Of a stretch of DNA of 64,000 nucleotides, positions 35,885-63,300 are shown piece after piece. The position numbers were made by a program, and so were the translations under genes. Positions within the stretch are counted from its first letter, which is position 1. Every line of letters begins with the position of its first letter. Origin of the DNA: Zygnema circumcarinatum SAG 698-1b. Lineage: Eukaryota; Plantae; Zygnematophyceae. The stretch is from the NCBI GenBank assembly GCA_037447605.1, contig CM074810.1, positions 1,274,880 to 1,338,879 of the forward strand. The letters are read 5' to 3'. The notes beneath the pieces are model-generated. The model ran no database searches. It saw only the letters and a program-made list of their open reading frames with translations, and was not told where the DNA came from.

Positions 35885-38411
35885 TCACAGATAGAGCTGA
35901 ATGAGTTCATCGCTCACAGCAGAGGGGGTGAGAACTCCAAGGTCTGTAAACAGCAGGGTGAGGCAATCTGGAGGAGTGTAGTCTCTCTCGGAACTCTCTG
36001 CCTTCACATACTCAGGAAGGGGAACGCCAAATCCCAACGGATGCGGTGCAGGTTCCATGTCCCTTTGGTCCAACGGATACATTCGAGCAAACTGCCCCTC
36101 CCATGCAAGCAGAGACTGTTAGGTCTTTGCCAGCTTTGGTACGCTCAGCAACGTCGCTTTGATAACTTCAAGCCTTCATGAGCTACTGAAACATGTCAGT
36201 TTACATAAAAACCAAAATGCCTTTCTACATGATGGTCATGGATGATAAAAAGATGCAAACTCTGCAAGCAAATACATGCAGACAAGCAAGCCACATCCCT
36301 CCCACCTTGTAACTCTCCGCTGCGACATACACGGGCTTGTTCATTGCGCGTGCAACCAACGCCACCTGATAGGTCCCAAGAGTGTTCACCACTCCTCCAC
36401 TCTCCACTACAGCATCCGCACCAACCATGACCATGTCTATGCACTCCATTTTATACGCCACACCTGCGTCGAGAACCAAAGTAACCGGAATTTCTGCCTT
36501 CGCCAACTCCGAAGCCATTTTCAGTCCGGCATTATCTGGTCGGCCCTCTGCAAGTCAAAAGCATCAAATAAATAAACCAGAGATTCCCATCAAGGCCTTT
36601 ACGAAGGAGTGAAGATAATCCCGTGTACTGGACCTCCTGCATGAACAGTGGCTTGCAGTTTCGTTTATTTAGGGTTGTGATGCGCTTCTCACCTGTGCAT
36701 ACAACACTGAAATGTTTGCCGCACACTGCAGCCTGCCGACACAGCGCTAGCACCACTCGAGAGAAGCCATGGACCAAAATGGTGCTGCCATCACGCACGA
36801 AGTCCTGCCCCAACATGGCTATGGTCTCTCGCGCCTGGTCAACACCAAATCATTGACATTTCTCGTTAAGGGCGATCAGGTTCAGCCTATGTTCTTGAAG
36901 ATACACACACATATAGATGATAACAGAGCTACTTATCCAAAAAAAAGGGGTTGCTGAGGTCTAGTAGACAAACCTTTAAAGAAATATCGCTGAAGCGCTC
37001 CCCTCTTTCAATGAGGCGCGCCTTGCCCGCTTCAAAGCTTTCGTATTCCAGTGCTGATGTGCGCGTCACATAACGCAAAAACAAGTCGCATCCGGCGGAA
37101 AGCGACAGAGATGTTCGATGGCGCCCCTGTCGAGGCAGAGCAGGAAAGAGGCATGAAATCCGGCGGGCCCAAAGGCATCTGGATTCGTATCTTGCTGCTA
37201 TCGAATCAATGCAGTCCGCTGAAAGCCCTGCAGGTTTTGCAGAGCGGAGTCAAACGTAGGTGCAAGCCTAAACTTTTCAAAGAAAATACCGGGGGTGCGA
37301 GTTTTGGGTAGGACATTCGTGCAAATCTACAGCTGTACAAGAACTTTCTCATAGAACAGTTTTTTGAAAACATGATCTTTGACATAGACGCAAAGCTAGA
37401 AGCTAGCAGACGTCCAAATCTCTTTCACCCCGAGTCTTATCATAGAAAAGGGATTTTTCTTGCCATTGCAAGGGCTCGTGGTTCACTCATTCTGCACTAA
37501 GAGCAGAATGTATTTTAACACTTCCTAAGCTATCACTTTGAAATGACGCCGGAAATGTCCAGGCTGGGCAAGTACTGGAGGACCTGAGGCTGACTAGAGA
37601 ACAGGAACAAGGTGGGTAAAGCTTGAAGAAGTTACGAAACACAAGGCGGTTTTTGACCTAGGACTAACCTTCAAGGCGTCCGAAGCTTCCTTTAGTTCTT
37701 TTTCTAGTCCCATCATGGTGGTTGCGTCGCTTAGCTTGATGACACCCGTTAGCGCCTTTATGGCCGCGACAGCCATAGCCAAGTCTGGGTCCTTTCTCCA
37801 CCGCCTAAACTCGTCCAAAACACTCAGTGGCAGCGTTTCCTCGGAGCTTTCTGTTTCAGCAATGTCCGCTGCCAAGTTAATGTTAGGATGTATACAAGAC
37901 ATGATTTATTCAGCAGACTAAAAAGCGGTGCTTCCATCTAAAGTAGAAGGTAGGCTAAAGAGATTAATGAGCCAAAAAAACAATTAACAAATCTTTTACA
38001 TTTTCACAGCCTTTCATCGACAACAAACAAATGACTGCGTCTACCTATTCCTGCAGAGTCGTTTCCTTGGCGCCCATTATCATGCCGCAAGTCGCCGGTT
38101 TCATGGAGCCATGCCGCTACTGCAGCAGAGCCGTGCCCAACTTCACGTGCTGGGCGTGGCTGCAGGCCATGCATTAGCTGAACAGCATCTGTCCCTGCAG
38201 CAGGAGCAGGAGGAGCAGCAGGAGCAGCAGGTGCAGGAGCAGCAGCAGGAGCAAGAGCAGGAGCAAGAGCAGGAGCAGGAGCAGCAGCTGCAGCAGCAAA
38301 GGGAGGGGCGTTTGCAAGAGCGCTTGAAAGAGACGAACGCCTCTGAAGACGACCCTCCTGCAGCGGCTCACCACCCTGCTGCCCTCCTCCCGCACCCTTC
38401 TGGGCCAGCAT
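35885..38411 (-). CDS. EIF2B1: Translation initiation factor eIF2B subunit alpha with N-terminal low-complexity extension
   Basis: gccaccATG at 38411; exon 1 joins exon 2 in phase 1. Motifs: LAMAVAAIKAL, SAGCDLFLRYVTRTS, ILVHGFSRVV, EGRPD, VGADAVVESGGVVNTLGTYQVA, PVYVAAESYKF, DYTPPDCLTLLFTDLGVLTPSAVSDELIQLYL*. Confidence 0.95.
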
Positions 38412-38972
38412 GGTGGCCGGACTGCGACACTGCAGCTAACAAGAAACACCTCTCCCACTCCCTCCCCATCCGCCGCCGACGTCTTCTTGGAAGGCGCCGC
38501 GCGCGTGGTTTCCGTTCGTTCGTCTTTTTGAAAGGAGAGGTTGCGCCTGTCCCTGTTCGTCCCAAAGCGCATTTCGGCAATGGAAGAAGGAGAGGGAAGA
38601 TGAAGTTGATGCAGCACATGGCTGGCTAGCAGGCACAGGCACTTCTACGTTCCATTGTCTTGATACGAATGCGGCCGAGGTGTGTTGCAGATGACCCTGA
38701 GCATTAGACCGTTCCCTTCTCAGTAGTGTAGTTTGGCCAACCCTAAGGCGGAGGCTGAATCCGCTATCAAGGCATCCATATTTGCCCTTCTTGAGAAGGG
38801 AGGAGAGAACGTGAGTGGATGATTGATGATCGGGTGCAGCTTCAATGCTTTACTGCTCATCTGCGCCACGGTAGATCCAGCTCATGCAACCTTCTTGAGT
38901 GCTTCTTCTCCGCTTGGACGAATTGGAAAGGAAAGGAAAGGAGCATCGTAGTCGAACAAAGGTAGAAAAGGC

Positions 38973-52062
<13,090 letters not shown>

Positions 52063-52552
52063 CCGTATTTGCTCAGTTAGTGTCCAGGGAGTGTTACCTC
52101 CCTATATTGTTGGATTATTGGCTTGTCATTGGGGCCTCGATGGGGTCTATCGGTTTGGTTTAGATGTGTATACTTCGGTAGATGCCTTAGGGACGGCGAA
52201 TAGGAGGATTGTAGGGGAAGCAGGAACAGCTATGTTGCAGCAGTGCAGCTACTTAAAAGGATTTTGTTTGAATAAAAAGGCCAGAGGTTCGAAATCATTG
52301 TTGTCTTCATGTGTTTCCAATATTTGCATTTGACTTGTTGCTATTCATGGGGACAACAAAGGACATGCTTTACATCTTATACATTGACAGGACTGGCCTT
52401 CAGCAGACTTTCTCTGAGATGCGTATTTTTCATGGCGTAGAGGATCCTACAAAAAGAAGAATCTATAAAATCAAAACAGTCACGACTTTTGTACACAGTT
52501 CAGACTTGTTGGACCATGCCTACACCGGCTCCTAAATCAAATTCTTCTATTT

Positions 52553-53202
52553 TTAGTCCGTCCATCGGCTGTCATCAAAAACCCAGGGCTCGTGGGTGAA
52601 CAGCTCCCTCCCGTTCATTGGAACTCTCCCGGCCGCTATGTCCTCTAACCGCTTCCTGGCAGCAGCTGCTGCAGCTTCTGCCGCATCCGCATCCTGCAGA
52701 AACAAAAAGGAGGACATTTTTTGTCCGACCAAGTACGCACATTTGCATGATAAGAAGGATTATGCAATGTCCTCGGCGACGGGACATCAAAAAATCTGCA
52801 ACAGAGTACTCTGCAAACTAGCCATTGCAGCTTTCAGAAGGTAACGTTCTAAGGAAGTACAGAGTCCTCCCGTTCCTCTTCCCCCTCCCATTTTCTATGT
52901 ACGCCTCTGTTTTCTCTGCCTCTCTCAGGCCCACGCCATCCCCTCTCGCTCTCCCTCTCGTTCTCTCTCGTCTGACCTCCATTTTCCCCTATCGAGTTCC
53001 TATAATCTACCTCCTTTCTCTTCCGAAGTTAGCTTAACGCATCATTTTATAAGCTAAAAATGCAGTGAGCACTGGCAAGAAAAAGCAGCTTCAAGCTGCG
53101 TACCTTTCGAGCCTTCCATTGTTGGAACTGCTCCAAAGTGATGGAGCCCTGCCTTCCTGAAGAACCAACCTCAACATGCTCCTCCGAAGAATCCAAGCCC
53201 AT
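52553..53202 (-). CDS. Small (~79 aa) two-exon protein resembling the C-terminal region of ZC3H15/TMA46 (DFRP-type)
   Basis: Exons 53202-53104 and 52693-52553 give MGLDSSEEHVEVGSSGRQGSITLEQFQQWKARK|DADAAEAAAAARKRLEDIAAGRVPMNGRELFTHEPWVFDDSRWTD*. The iT.e.F..WK and MxGRELF motifs are present. Confidence 0.75.
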
Positions 53203-54358
53203 CCCAGATACAGAGAGAGCGAGAGGGAGAGAGAGTGACAGAGAGATGGAGAGGGAGAGGGCGAGAGAGAAGACAGAGCCTAGGATTCTACTACGATCAG
53301 GGGGGGGGGGGGGGGGGGTTGGAAACGTGCCCCGGGGCAAGGGGGGTGGGAGGGCCCCAACCCAACTCAGCAGGACAGTTCAAAGTTCAATTTTTCAGGA
53401 AATGAAACCTCCAAAACTCAAGTACAGAAAGAAAGAAATTTACAGTGCATATTATTAGAAACAGTAAGGAATTCTTCGGGCTTTGACGAAGCAGAAAGCG
53501 CACGCGACCAACCCTAATTTTTGAAAGGTTCTCCATTGTTAGGTCGTTATTTGCACCCAGTTCCAGTACCACTGAACTGCCAGGGACATGGAACTGTGAA
53601 ACTTTGCGTTAGGGGTTCAAACTGAACGCGTCCAGGAACTACTCAGTTCCCTTTCACGGTTCCATGTGAGCTGTTCCGTTCAGTCCAGCACGGTTCGGCT
53701 CAGTCGATACATCTTGACTAACTTCACTTAAAATCTTGTGTTTCATTTCCATTCTTTTTAGGGGAAAAAAAAATAAATAAATAAAAAAAAGCGAAGGAAA
53801 GTACCAGCACATCTGCTCGTGGTGACAAACAACAGCTACGACAACATTTTAAGAGTCGCCGAAATTCCACATTCCCCCACAGACTATTACAAAGCCAAGG
53901 CCACTACACCCATGTATGCATGCATGCATGCGTCCACACGTGTGTCCTTCGAAACACAATGACGCATCCATCCCATTCATATGCTCACTATATAGAGGAC
54001 GAACAGGAAAGTCGATGGGATGGAGAGCTTGACTTGCCCGTTGTTTTCTACTTATTTGTCAAGGGGCCAGCGCATGCCTGGACAGCGCCTTCTGCTTATC
54101 CTCCGCCAAGCCCATCCTAAAAATAAGCTCTTGCATCCACAGGACACAACCTATCTGTGTGATATCTAACAGATTACGACCTCTGTACATGGAAACTCTC
54201 CTACGGCCCATGTGCTACTAATTTTTAACAAAAATTAGTTTGACGTCCAGCTCCGCAGCTTACACCAGGCTCAGGTAGCATGCGTCCCTTTCAGTCTAAA
54301 AAAAAGGGGGGGCAGGGAAAAAACAACGAAAGAAAGGAAGAAAAAATAGGTGTGCTGA

Positions 54359-57193
54359 TCAGCGCGCCCGAGTGGCCTCCCCTGCATATATGGACACAAT
54401 GGAGTCGGCGGCCCCGGCTGCTAGCAGCACACTGTACGGATGGAAGTGCAGACTGCTGACTGGGCCGATGCGCTGCCCCAAAAAGCTGTTGTGGTAGCGC
54501 ACCATGCTCAGCTGCTCTCCAGCCATGCTGAACACCTGCAACGCTCACAGCAGCAGCCATGCGGCCACATCAGGGCCCATCCATCCATCCATCCATCCTC
54601 CTGAGCCATGCATGACCCATACTCCATGCCAACCCATGAGCCGCTACTGGCTGCCGCCACATCAGGGCCCATCCATCCTCCCGAGCATGAGATGCATGAC
54701 CCATACGCCATGCCAACCCATGAGCCGCTACGTCATAGAAGAAGCGCAGAATGAAGGCTTGGGAGGGAGGGAGGGAGGGGGGGAGGGTGGGAGGGAGGGA
54801 GGGAGAGAGGGAGGGCCAAAGGGAGGACCTTGATGTACTGCTTGGCGCTGCCGCTCGCCATGACGGAGGCATGGCGGTGGACGGCGAGCGCTGTCATGCT
54901 CCCCTTGTGCGCGTCCACTGCCATGTACGGCGACCCGCTTCTCCGTACATCGACAAACTTAATGTCGCCGGCGGTTGAAGCAGATACAATCTGCAAAACA
55001 TTCTCCAGCAGTTCAGGAACACCTCAAGGAGTGAAGGTAGATGTTGGGCATGGTTTATTTCATGATTCTTACGACAAAGAAAAGGGCAGCAAAGACAGAA
55101 GTCAAGCAATAGATTAGGACGAATTTGAGGGAGCATTCAGTTTAGAGTGACTGCGATTCCCTAGTTCAAGATGGAAGCTGCCGATACAGCCCTTTTTCTG
55201 CCCGTATCTCTTCCTTCCCTTTACCTTCTCTTCTTCAAATGTTCCCCAGCAACGTGTTTTCAAAGTAGAATGTCATCATGCGGAGGAACAAAAACGACCA
55301 ATGCATGGTCGAACCATGGGTCTTTCTTCGTGTTTGGTTGAGACACATTATAGAGCAGCATACCTTCGTAGGATCCATGCCCGGTTGAAAGTCCACGCCT
55401 ACCACCCTCTGAGAATGCGGCTTTGTGGCACATACAAGCCTGCAGGCAGTACACAGTTTCAAGCACAGCGCTGGTAGAGGATAACACAATCTCGAGGGAG
55501 GCTTGAATCGAAAACTGCTGATCCTGCAAACTTATCGTTACACTCTTTTGCGTACGATGTCTACAAACATTCACTGCTGCAACTCTACTACTGGCGACTA
55601 GTAGTGCTGATACTGATACCTCTCTTAAAACCACACGAATAAGGACATGGTAAATAGCTTGTGCAGGAGCCATCTCCACAATCTTTCCTCGGTACATGAC
55701 AGCTACACGGTGCGAAATAAACTTTACTAGTTGGTTTTTCTGGTTAGGAGAAAAACAAGGAAAGAAAATCTATATTCGGAGTGTTGTGACGCAACTTTCC
55801 CATGATGCCTGTGAGATTAAAGTAACCATGACGTGATCAAACGAGATTGAGAATTATAGCCATTCGACGTAATCATGTACAGTAGTTAGGAACAAGGTTT
55901 TGTGCATATGCAGCAGACTTACATCCCACGAACTCGCATGTCAAAGATTCGCACTGAGCCATCTCCACAGCCGGCCACCAGCTGCCCGGGATGAACCTGT
56001 GATGCTGCCTGTAAAACCGACACCAACAATACAAAATTGTCATCTCAACAACAAAAACCTTGGAGGATTACGCACAAACTGATACAGCTAAACTTGAAAA
56101 TTAGAGACTTGCTCCAAGCAAACAACCACACTGTGATTGAATGTTAAAACGAAAACTATGAAAAAACCACCCTCTGATGCTCAAGGAGGGCCGAGGAGAT
56201 CAATGCGAGAACACATGCACTCCCTAATGGGCTCATTGTTGGCACGAATTTTCTGGCTTACCATTGCAGTGACGGCAGAATCAGATTGGGTGAGCACTGT
56301 GTGCGCAAGCAGTTCCCGATCCAAATCCCAAACCATCACCGATGAAATCTCCCCGGATGCATACTGAAAGAAACAAATGAACAACAGCTTTCTTAGAATG
56401 ATTCAGACAGAACGAGGCTGTCAGTCATCTTTTGATCACCAGCCAATTTACTGTCGCCGAAACTAGGTCAATGACAAAACCGGGTAGTACGAGACGAGAG
56501 GAGGAGAAAAAGCAAGAGATATGAAATCCTCAATATCTTAGCGAGAGGAAATAGCAAAAACACATAGATGAATATGAATTCTGTCGGACTTTTATTGCAC
56601 GTACTTTCCTTCTGCTCTAGAACACAGCTCATGAACAGCAAAAAGGAAGAGATATGAAATCCTCAATATCTTAGCGAGAGGAAATAGCAAAAACACATAG
56701 ATGAATATGAATTCTGTCGGACTTTTATTGCACGTACTTTCCTTCTGCTCTAGAACACAGCTCATGAACAGCAAAAAAGGAAGAGATATGAAATCCTCAA
56801 TATCCTTAGCGAGAGGAAATTGCAAAAACACATAGATGAATATGAATTCAGAACGGACTTTTATAACACGTACTTTTCTTCTGCTCTAGAACACAGCTCA
56901 TGAACAGCGAAGTTCCGATGTTACACAACGGAATGAATGAATGAATTGACAGCAAATTCACAAAGGAGCTTCTGGAGAGACAATTACCAGGTAGCCCATA
57001 TGCTGCTGCCAGTCAACCACTGCGCTGCTGCACCTTGATCCGGGCCTGTACCCCTGTACGGCCTGCCAGGCAGAGGCCAACTTCTGCTCCCCCTGCTGGG
57101 TGTAATCTTTCCATACTCTCACACTTCCATCAGCTGCAACCCAAGAGCGGCATCCACAAGAATGTCAATGCTCTAAATGGGCCAGAACAAAAA

Positions 57194-57247
<54 letters not shown>

Positions 57248-57271
57248 ACAACAAACAACAACAACAAAAAC

Positions 57272-57313
<42 letters not shown>

Positions 57314-60300
57314 ACAACAACAACAAAAACAAACAACAACAACAACAACCAACAACAACAACGCCATTATCGCAGCAAACACACACTATGACATACTATA
57401 TGACAATACTATGACATACTAATGCTGTGGAACTATCGTTACCTCGCCCACTGCTGAATGAACTAAAGGTGTTTCAGAGCCGACAGATAAGGTGGTGAAA
57501 AGTGCACAAGCAGGTTAAGGATTTCGAGCAGAAGGTAATGATGGCAATAACACGCATTTACACCAACGAAAGCACTTTCATGAGTTTGCAATCACTTTTG
57601 AGTGCACTGGGTAAAGAAACAGAAAGAAAAAACACGTAAGGAACATGTGCACTTTTGTGAGAGATATGAAGGGCTTACAGGAGGCAACAAGAAGTAGGCA
57701 GTTGTCCAACTCGTTTAGGAGACACAACTTTGCAATTCCTTTATCACGGGTATTGTGGTTTTCGAACATGTTAACAGTCACTCCCTCTTCATAATTCCAA
57801 ATCCTGTACACAAAGGAATCACAGTGAACTTGAAAATGAGGACTACATTCACATAGAGTCCAAGGTCAAACACAGCTAACCAATCGCACACTTATGAAGC
57901 ATAAACCTAGTATGCAAATTCTATGGGAAAATCTTGTCAAGTCTAAAGAAACGCCAAGAATCAGCAAGCAACCAACGATTGAGACCTCACCTGATAGTTT
58001 CCTTTTCATCTGCAATGCAGACAATGGGCAGAAAGGGGTGCAGCATGACAGCTTGTGTGCTCATTTCCGACTCCGTATCATAGCTGGCGATCTGATCACT
58101 CACTTTGCTCACATCTGAACACATCCAGGAAAAAAGATCTCAGCAACAACCTCCTATCCATTGCAGAATTCGCCTACATCGCCATTTTGAGACTGAAAAC
58201 TTGACAACAGTGCCAATCGCACTATCTGCTATCTATCTAAGTTTCACTTACTTGAATGTTGGCACAGTGAAATGCCATCTAAGGCTCGCCTCTCTCTCTC
58301 CTCTCTCCGGACCTCTGCCCCGTCATCAAGAAGGGGCTCCAAAAGAGGCCGCGAAAAATGACCACAACTCCAACTGTACAAATTTGATTTAAGAGCCATT
58401 GACTCTGCGGGCCCCACATCGCCAGGGGGCTCCCTGCTTGTCGTTGGCCCGACCTCTGCAAGGCCCTATAAACAGAGATAGAGACGGAGTTCGATACTCA
58501 TATCAGCAAAGGAAATTCTACCTGAGGCTTAGAAAACAATAACCCACAAATTCTGACATCTTTGCTAGTGAGATGCACTTGTCGCTTGCGAACATATTAT
58601 ATACCTGCAACGAGGAAGTCGAAGAGTTTCGCACTGGCGAAGTTGTGGATCCAATATCTCCTGTCACGCGTAGATTCCTTGAGGCTGCTTGTGCAGCGGC
58701 AATGGTGGGTGATGTGAAGTCAAGTGATGAGGATACCCTCCGCATGTTCCCTGGGGATGTGAGAAAGGCTGGTCGGGACTGTGCTGCAGGACCAGGACTG
58801 TTTCTCCAAGTTGCAAGATTACCTGACCGGACAAAAGCTTACTGTGAGCCGGTGAGTGAGAGAGTTTCCATCAGGCAGACGGTCATTTCTGGAGGAAACA
58901 TCAGAACACAGGAAAATGGAACTCCCGAGTCTGATAACAACTTGCTACAACTGTGCCTTGAACATCACGTAGTTAAAACAAGGCATGAAATGTGTTGAAA
59001 AACCCTCTACCTGATGTGGATGCCACCCAGGAGGTAGATCTGGTGAGACCCGCCATTGCCATTGTGTGTGGGAGTCCCGCAACAACAGCCATTGATACTT
59101 GACGATCGCTTTCCGAGTGAGCAGGGCTGCTCTGCAGACTGGTAGGAGCCTTCACTACTACAGGTTCGACCCCTATACTCCTCAGAGTCTGGTGAGCAAT
59201 AGCGGCAACTTTGGGAGAAGGGTCTCTCGCAAGAGTGTAGATTGCCATCACACACTGCACATAAATGCTACTGCCCTCCCCTCTGTCTCGCCATGAATTT
59301 GAACCAGACCAGCTTTCGCTGATTGAAAACCCATTTCGCAATTCTACAGTCTTAGAAGCATTCCTGCTTCGGTTGTCCGCTCCCGAGTCACTAGTTGATA
59401 CTCCTCCCTTCCCGTTCCTTCGTGCCGCCTGCTCTTTTCTTTCCTCCCCAGGCTGATTTCTACCTTCAGTCTGCTCAGGTTCATCATCCCCAGACTTTGC
59501 ACCTTCCTCCGAAAGATAAGAAGCGACTGACACAGGTGATACCCCTCCTAAAACAGAGTTTGACGCATCAAGAGAACGTGGCAAAAAAGTTCCCAACCCA
59601 CCCCCTGCTGTTCTAAGACTACCCAAAGATGCAGAGCTTGCAGACCCCACCCGTAGCCCGAGTCGTCCGTCAGCACTAAGAGCCACTCCCGCAAAGGTCA
59701 ATTGAGGAGAATATGTCAAAGGTTGCGTGAGCTTCCTAGTTGCACTGCTCAAGGCTGAAGAGGTGGACAAGATTGAGCTTGAAGGGGGCTTCAAATATGC
59801 TGCAGCTGCTCGACGAAATGGCTTGTTACGGCTGACAGCAAGTCTTGCTAGAGCTGCAGCAGACACCGAACAAACAGAATTGCTAAGCCTCATCGAAAAT
59901 GCAAACAGTGCTTCAGCAGACAACCAAAGCCTATAAAACAAACCTCTCAGAAAAGTACTCCTGCAATCTCACTCTCCTTCTTAAGGCCTAGCTACACTGG
60001 GCACTTTTTTTCCATATCGTGCCAGTACAGACTAGTACGTTTTCCGACTGCTGCCAGCACGAAAGAAATCGAAGCTAAACTGGGCTTTGCGCCGCTACTG
60101 GTATGGCGCTGTTTCAGGCCGCAATACAGGCTAGACTATGTACGGATCATACACGTGGTAGTATATTGTACTTTAGGGTTGCAGAAGCCTGCGTTCTGGA
60201 TACTGTATTTTCCATTCTGCACTTAAAATGCAAAATGCAAAATGCAAGTCGAGAAGCTTATCGCGAAGAGCTCGCAGCAAGCCGTGGCTGTGAAATAGAA

Positions 60301-63300
60301 AAGCCGTTATTTGGGGTCCGGTCATGGCCTCTAGTAACGGAGACGGAAAAGACCTTAAATAGTCCACATAGACGGAAAATAGACGGAAACGTGCCGAAAA
60401 CCTCTAATGTAGCTTGGCCTTGAAGAGCTTTGGGCCGCCCTTCGACCCCCCCCCCCAACCCTTCCTTTTTACACTTGCCCAAAAGTCACAATGTGCGACA
60501 CATACCTATCGCAAGTTCAGTTCGAACAAGTGGGCTTCCATCATTCAGCACTGTAAGCAGACTCCGAGCAATGTCCCGTTCCGCAGCAAGGCGGGCATCC
60601 TCATCCTCATCTTCCTCTCCTATTGCACCAGGTTCTGAAGTGGAGGACTCAGCTCCCATATTGATAAGAGTGCCAAGGGAGTAAGTTGCGGACGCACGGA
60701 CCTGGAACAAAACGAGCGAGCATTGTGTGTCTTGTTTCAGCACGTTGCTAAGATTAAGGATAGAATCTCCAGTCTACATATTTGGGATGAATGCAGGAGA
60801 GAAGAAGAAGAAGAAGTGGTGGCTCTACCTCTGGTTGTGGCTCAGCCAATAATTGAGCCACCACCTGCACAGCACTCTCCCGGAGAGCAATGGCTTGTGC
60901 ATCCGGTGAAGCATCCCACAACTTTCCAAGGCACAAGCATAGCCACTGCAGAAGAAGTGGCTCGGCAGGGGGAGCTGCTCGAATGTGAATCAAGCAAACG
61001 CCGATCAGCCCTGCCTGCAAGGGTAACGATGCAGGAGCAATGCTTCTTGGAGTTAGTTCTACGCTGCAGATGGGTTTGCAAAGCAGAAAATCCTGAATAA
61101 GCAGAAGGAGGGTGAGCATACCTGTACACAGGCAGCCTGCCCTTTTGGATGGTTGTCACAAATGACAGCCAAGACAAAGGCAGCCATTGCTCGTTGAAAG
61201 GCCGCCATGGCCCGCTCTCGTTGCTCAGCGTATATGTCAGGGCTATCTAGGAACCTAATAAAGTACAAATGTCCGCCGTCTTTTACAAGGTCGACTTGGC
61301 AAGACTGTACGCCACCCAGACAGCCTAAAACTATTAGTATTGCAACACACAAAGACAGCTACAACTCCACCTTGCATTGAACTTGCTACCCAATCACACC
61401 TTTCACATCCTGAAACTGTCGTCTATTTTTACAGCAACAGTAAAATGCTCAACGAGAAGTCTTAAAGGGACAAAGAAGATTTTCTAGTTCAAAAAGAAGG
61501 CAAGACTGCAAATAGTTGACCCTACCTTGTCGAGTGCGAGAATCTTCGTCCAAATGAAAACAAGAATTTGCCTTAGTTCGGTAGCAGTTGTTTGTAACAG
61601 CTTCAATACGTAGGGGAAGATTCCGACGGACAACGCCTGCGATCACAGCCAAAAAGGAGACACTATTCTCTGTCAACAGCAGAATCAGGCCAAGTGCTAT
61701 TCAAGAACAATTTCACAGCACAATAGGGACTGCATGCAAAATCCCTGCATCCAGCAAGTCTTGCAGCCACTTTGATTCATGTAAGAACAGCAAAACTTCA
61801 TTAGGTTCCTGCATTCGATTGAAGTGAGGCGCTGCAACCCTTGTGAGAAACCTTTTTTTTTTTTTTGCAGAACCCTTTTGAGGATGTAGAGACAATTTCA
61901 TTCAGACATGCTATTATTATTATGCTAATGTTTCATTACGTGTAAAACATATCTAGTCTAGCTCACCAGATCAACGGCCCAAGCACCCATATCGAGGAAG
62001 CGGCCCAAAAGCACCAAGGCTCTCAGTCGATGCGATTGGCTGAGCAGCACTTGGAGCACAATCGGGAGCTGCTCTGGGGGCTTCTTTCGCTCCGAGCCGT
62101 GTTCCAGCCACACCTCAAAAGCAGTGAGCTGCTCAGTGAAGAATGGGCTCGGCTGCATCACCAACATCAATAATGAGACATCAATCCGCGACGATTGAAC
62201 CGCAAAAAGACCCGAGTTTCGACGATGGACAAAGGAGTGTCCATTTCCAATCGTAAAAAGATGAAAAGCTATATTTGTGACAGTAAACTAGAGCATCGAA
62301 ACTCACTCCTCTGCTCAATTTTTAACTGCAAGTAACCGAAAGGGCCAGAATGAAGTCAGAAACTTATATTCAAAAATTGAGGGCCTGACCTGAAACTCCG
62401 CATTTGGGTCGGCTAGCATGTCTGGAAGCTGTGACAGACAGATTTCAGCTGCCATATCCCATGCATGCCTGCAGACATGCCACAAATTTCCTGGGTTATA
62501 GCCTACACCCCAGAAAACATTCCAGACAGACCAAAACCGACAACAAACAGGCCTTCTGCACAGAGCGCCACTTGATACCTTGATTATAGTAAGGTTGACA
62601 AGTTACAAAAAGTTCCTTTGGAATGCCGATATGCTAACTAACAAGCATTCTTCCTTAAGCAAGAACTCGTCAAATCCTGGTGAAAACCACACGCAAATGA
62701 GCTTAAGAAGCGACTCTGGGAAAAGCTAACTGCCCTCCATACCACATAGGATGCTGGTGTGTTGGAGGAAGGCGGGGGTGAGACAATGGTGTACAATTAG
62801 CAGCTCTCATAATCCGCTCAGCAAGCAAGAAGTTGCGGAATAAACTCGCCACAAGAAGGTCCTGCCTGAAAAGTCTTTGGAACAGCTCTGCAACAAAGGC
62901 AAACGACAGGCAGCTCTGACATTGACGAAGGCAAAGGGGTAAAAGGGCAGGGTCTGTCCATGTGATTTAGTACGAAAAACGTACACCTGTAAACAGTACC
63001 GTAGACAATACGGCCAATAACTTTTTTCTAAGCAGTCTATCTGAAGGTCGTCATTAAGATTCGCATGAGTGATCTTCTCAATACAGCTAAACAAGAAAGA
63101 TAGTGAGACTAATCACCACGTGGCAAGACGTTCCATGCAATTGTGTCGGTGATTGCCGTAAATATCCAGTTGAGCTCCCCAAGAGGTGTCTTCCGATCGT
63201 TTTGGCGGCCGGGAATTTTATCAATCAGATCGGCGTCCAGAGTGTCCTTCAGGAGTGACCTTGGGCAAAACCTGCTCAAATCGCGATTGAACCATAGCAT

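Noticed and set aside
38429-38570. Upstream ATG (MRFGTNRDRRNLSF) joined to eIF2B-alpha by a 20-nt intron
   Set aside because: 20 nt is too short for a normal spliceosomal intron, and the gccaccATG at 38411 explains the gene.
57035-57422. PolyQ, polyN and polyC ORFs
   Set aside because: Translations of the intronic (AAC)n repeat.
59160-59180. GGTTCGACCCC, a tRNA T-loop-like motif
   Set aside because: No cloverleaf or A box; it lies antisense within RAPTOR coding sequence.
58973-59941. 322-aa minus-strand ORF as a separate gene
   Set aside because: It is RAPTOR exons read through short in-frame introns.
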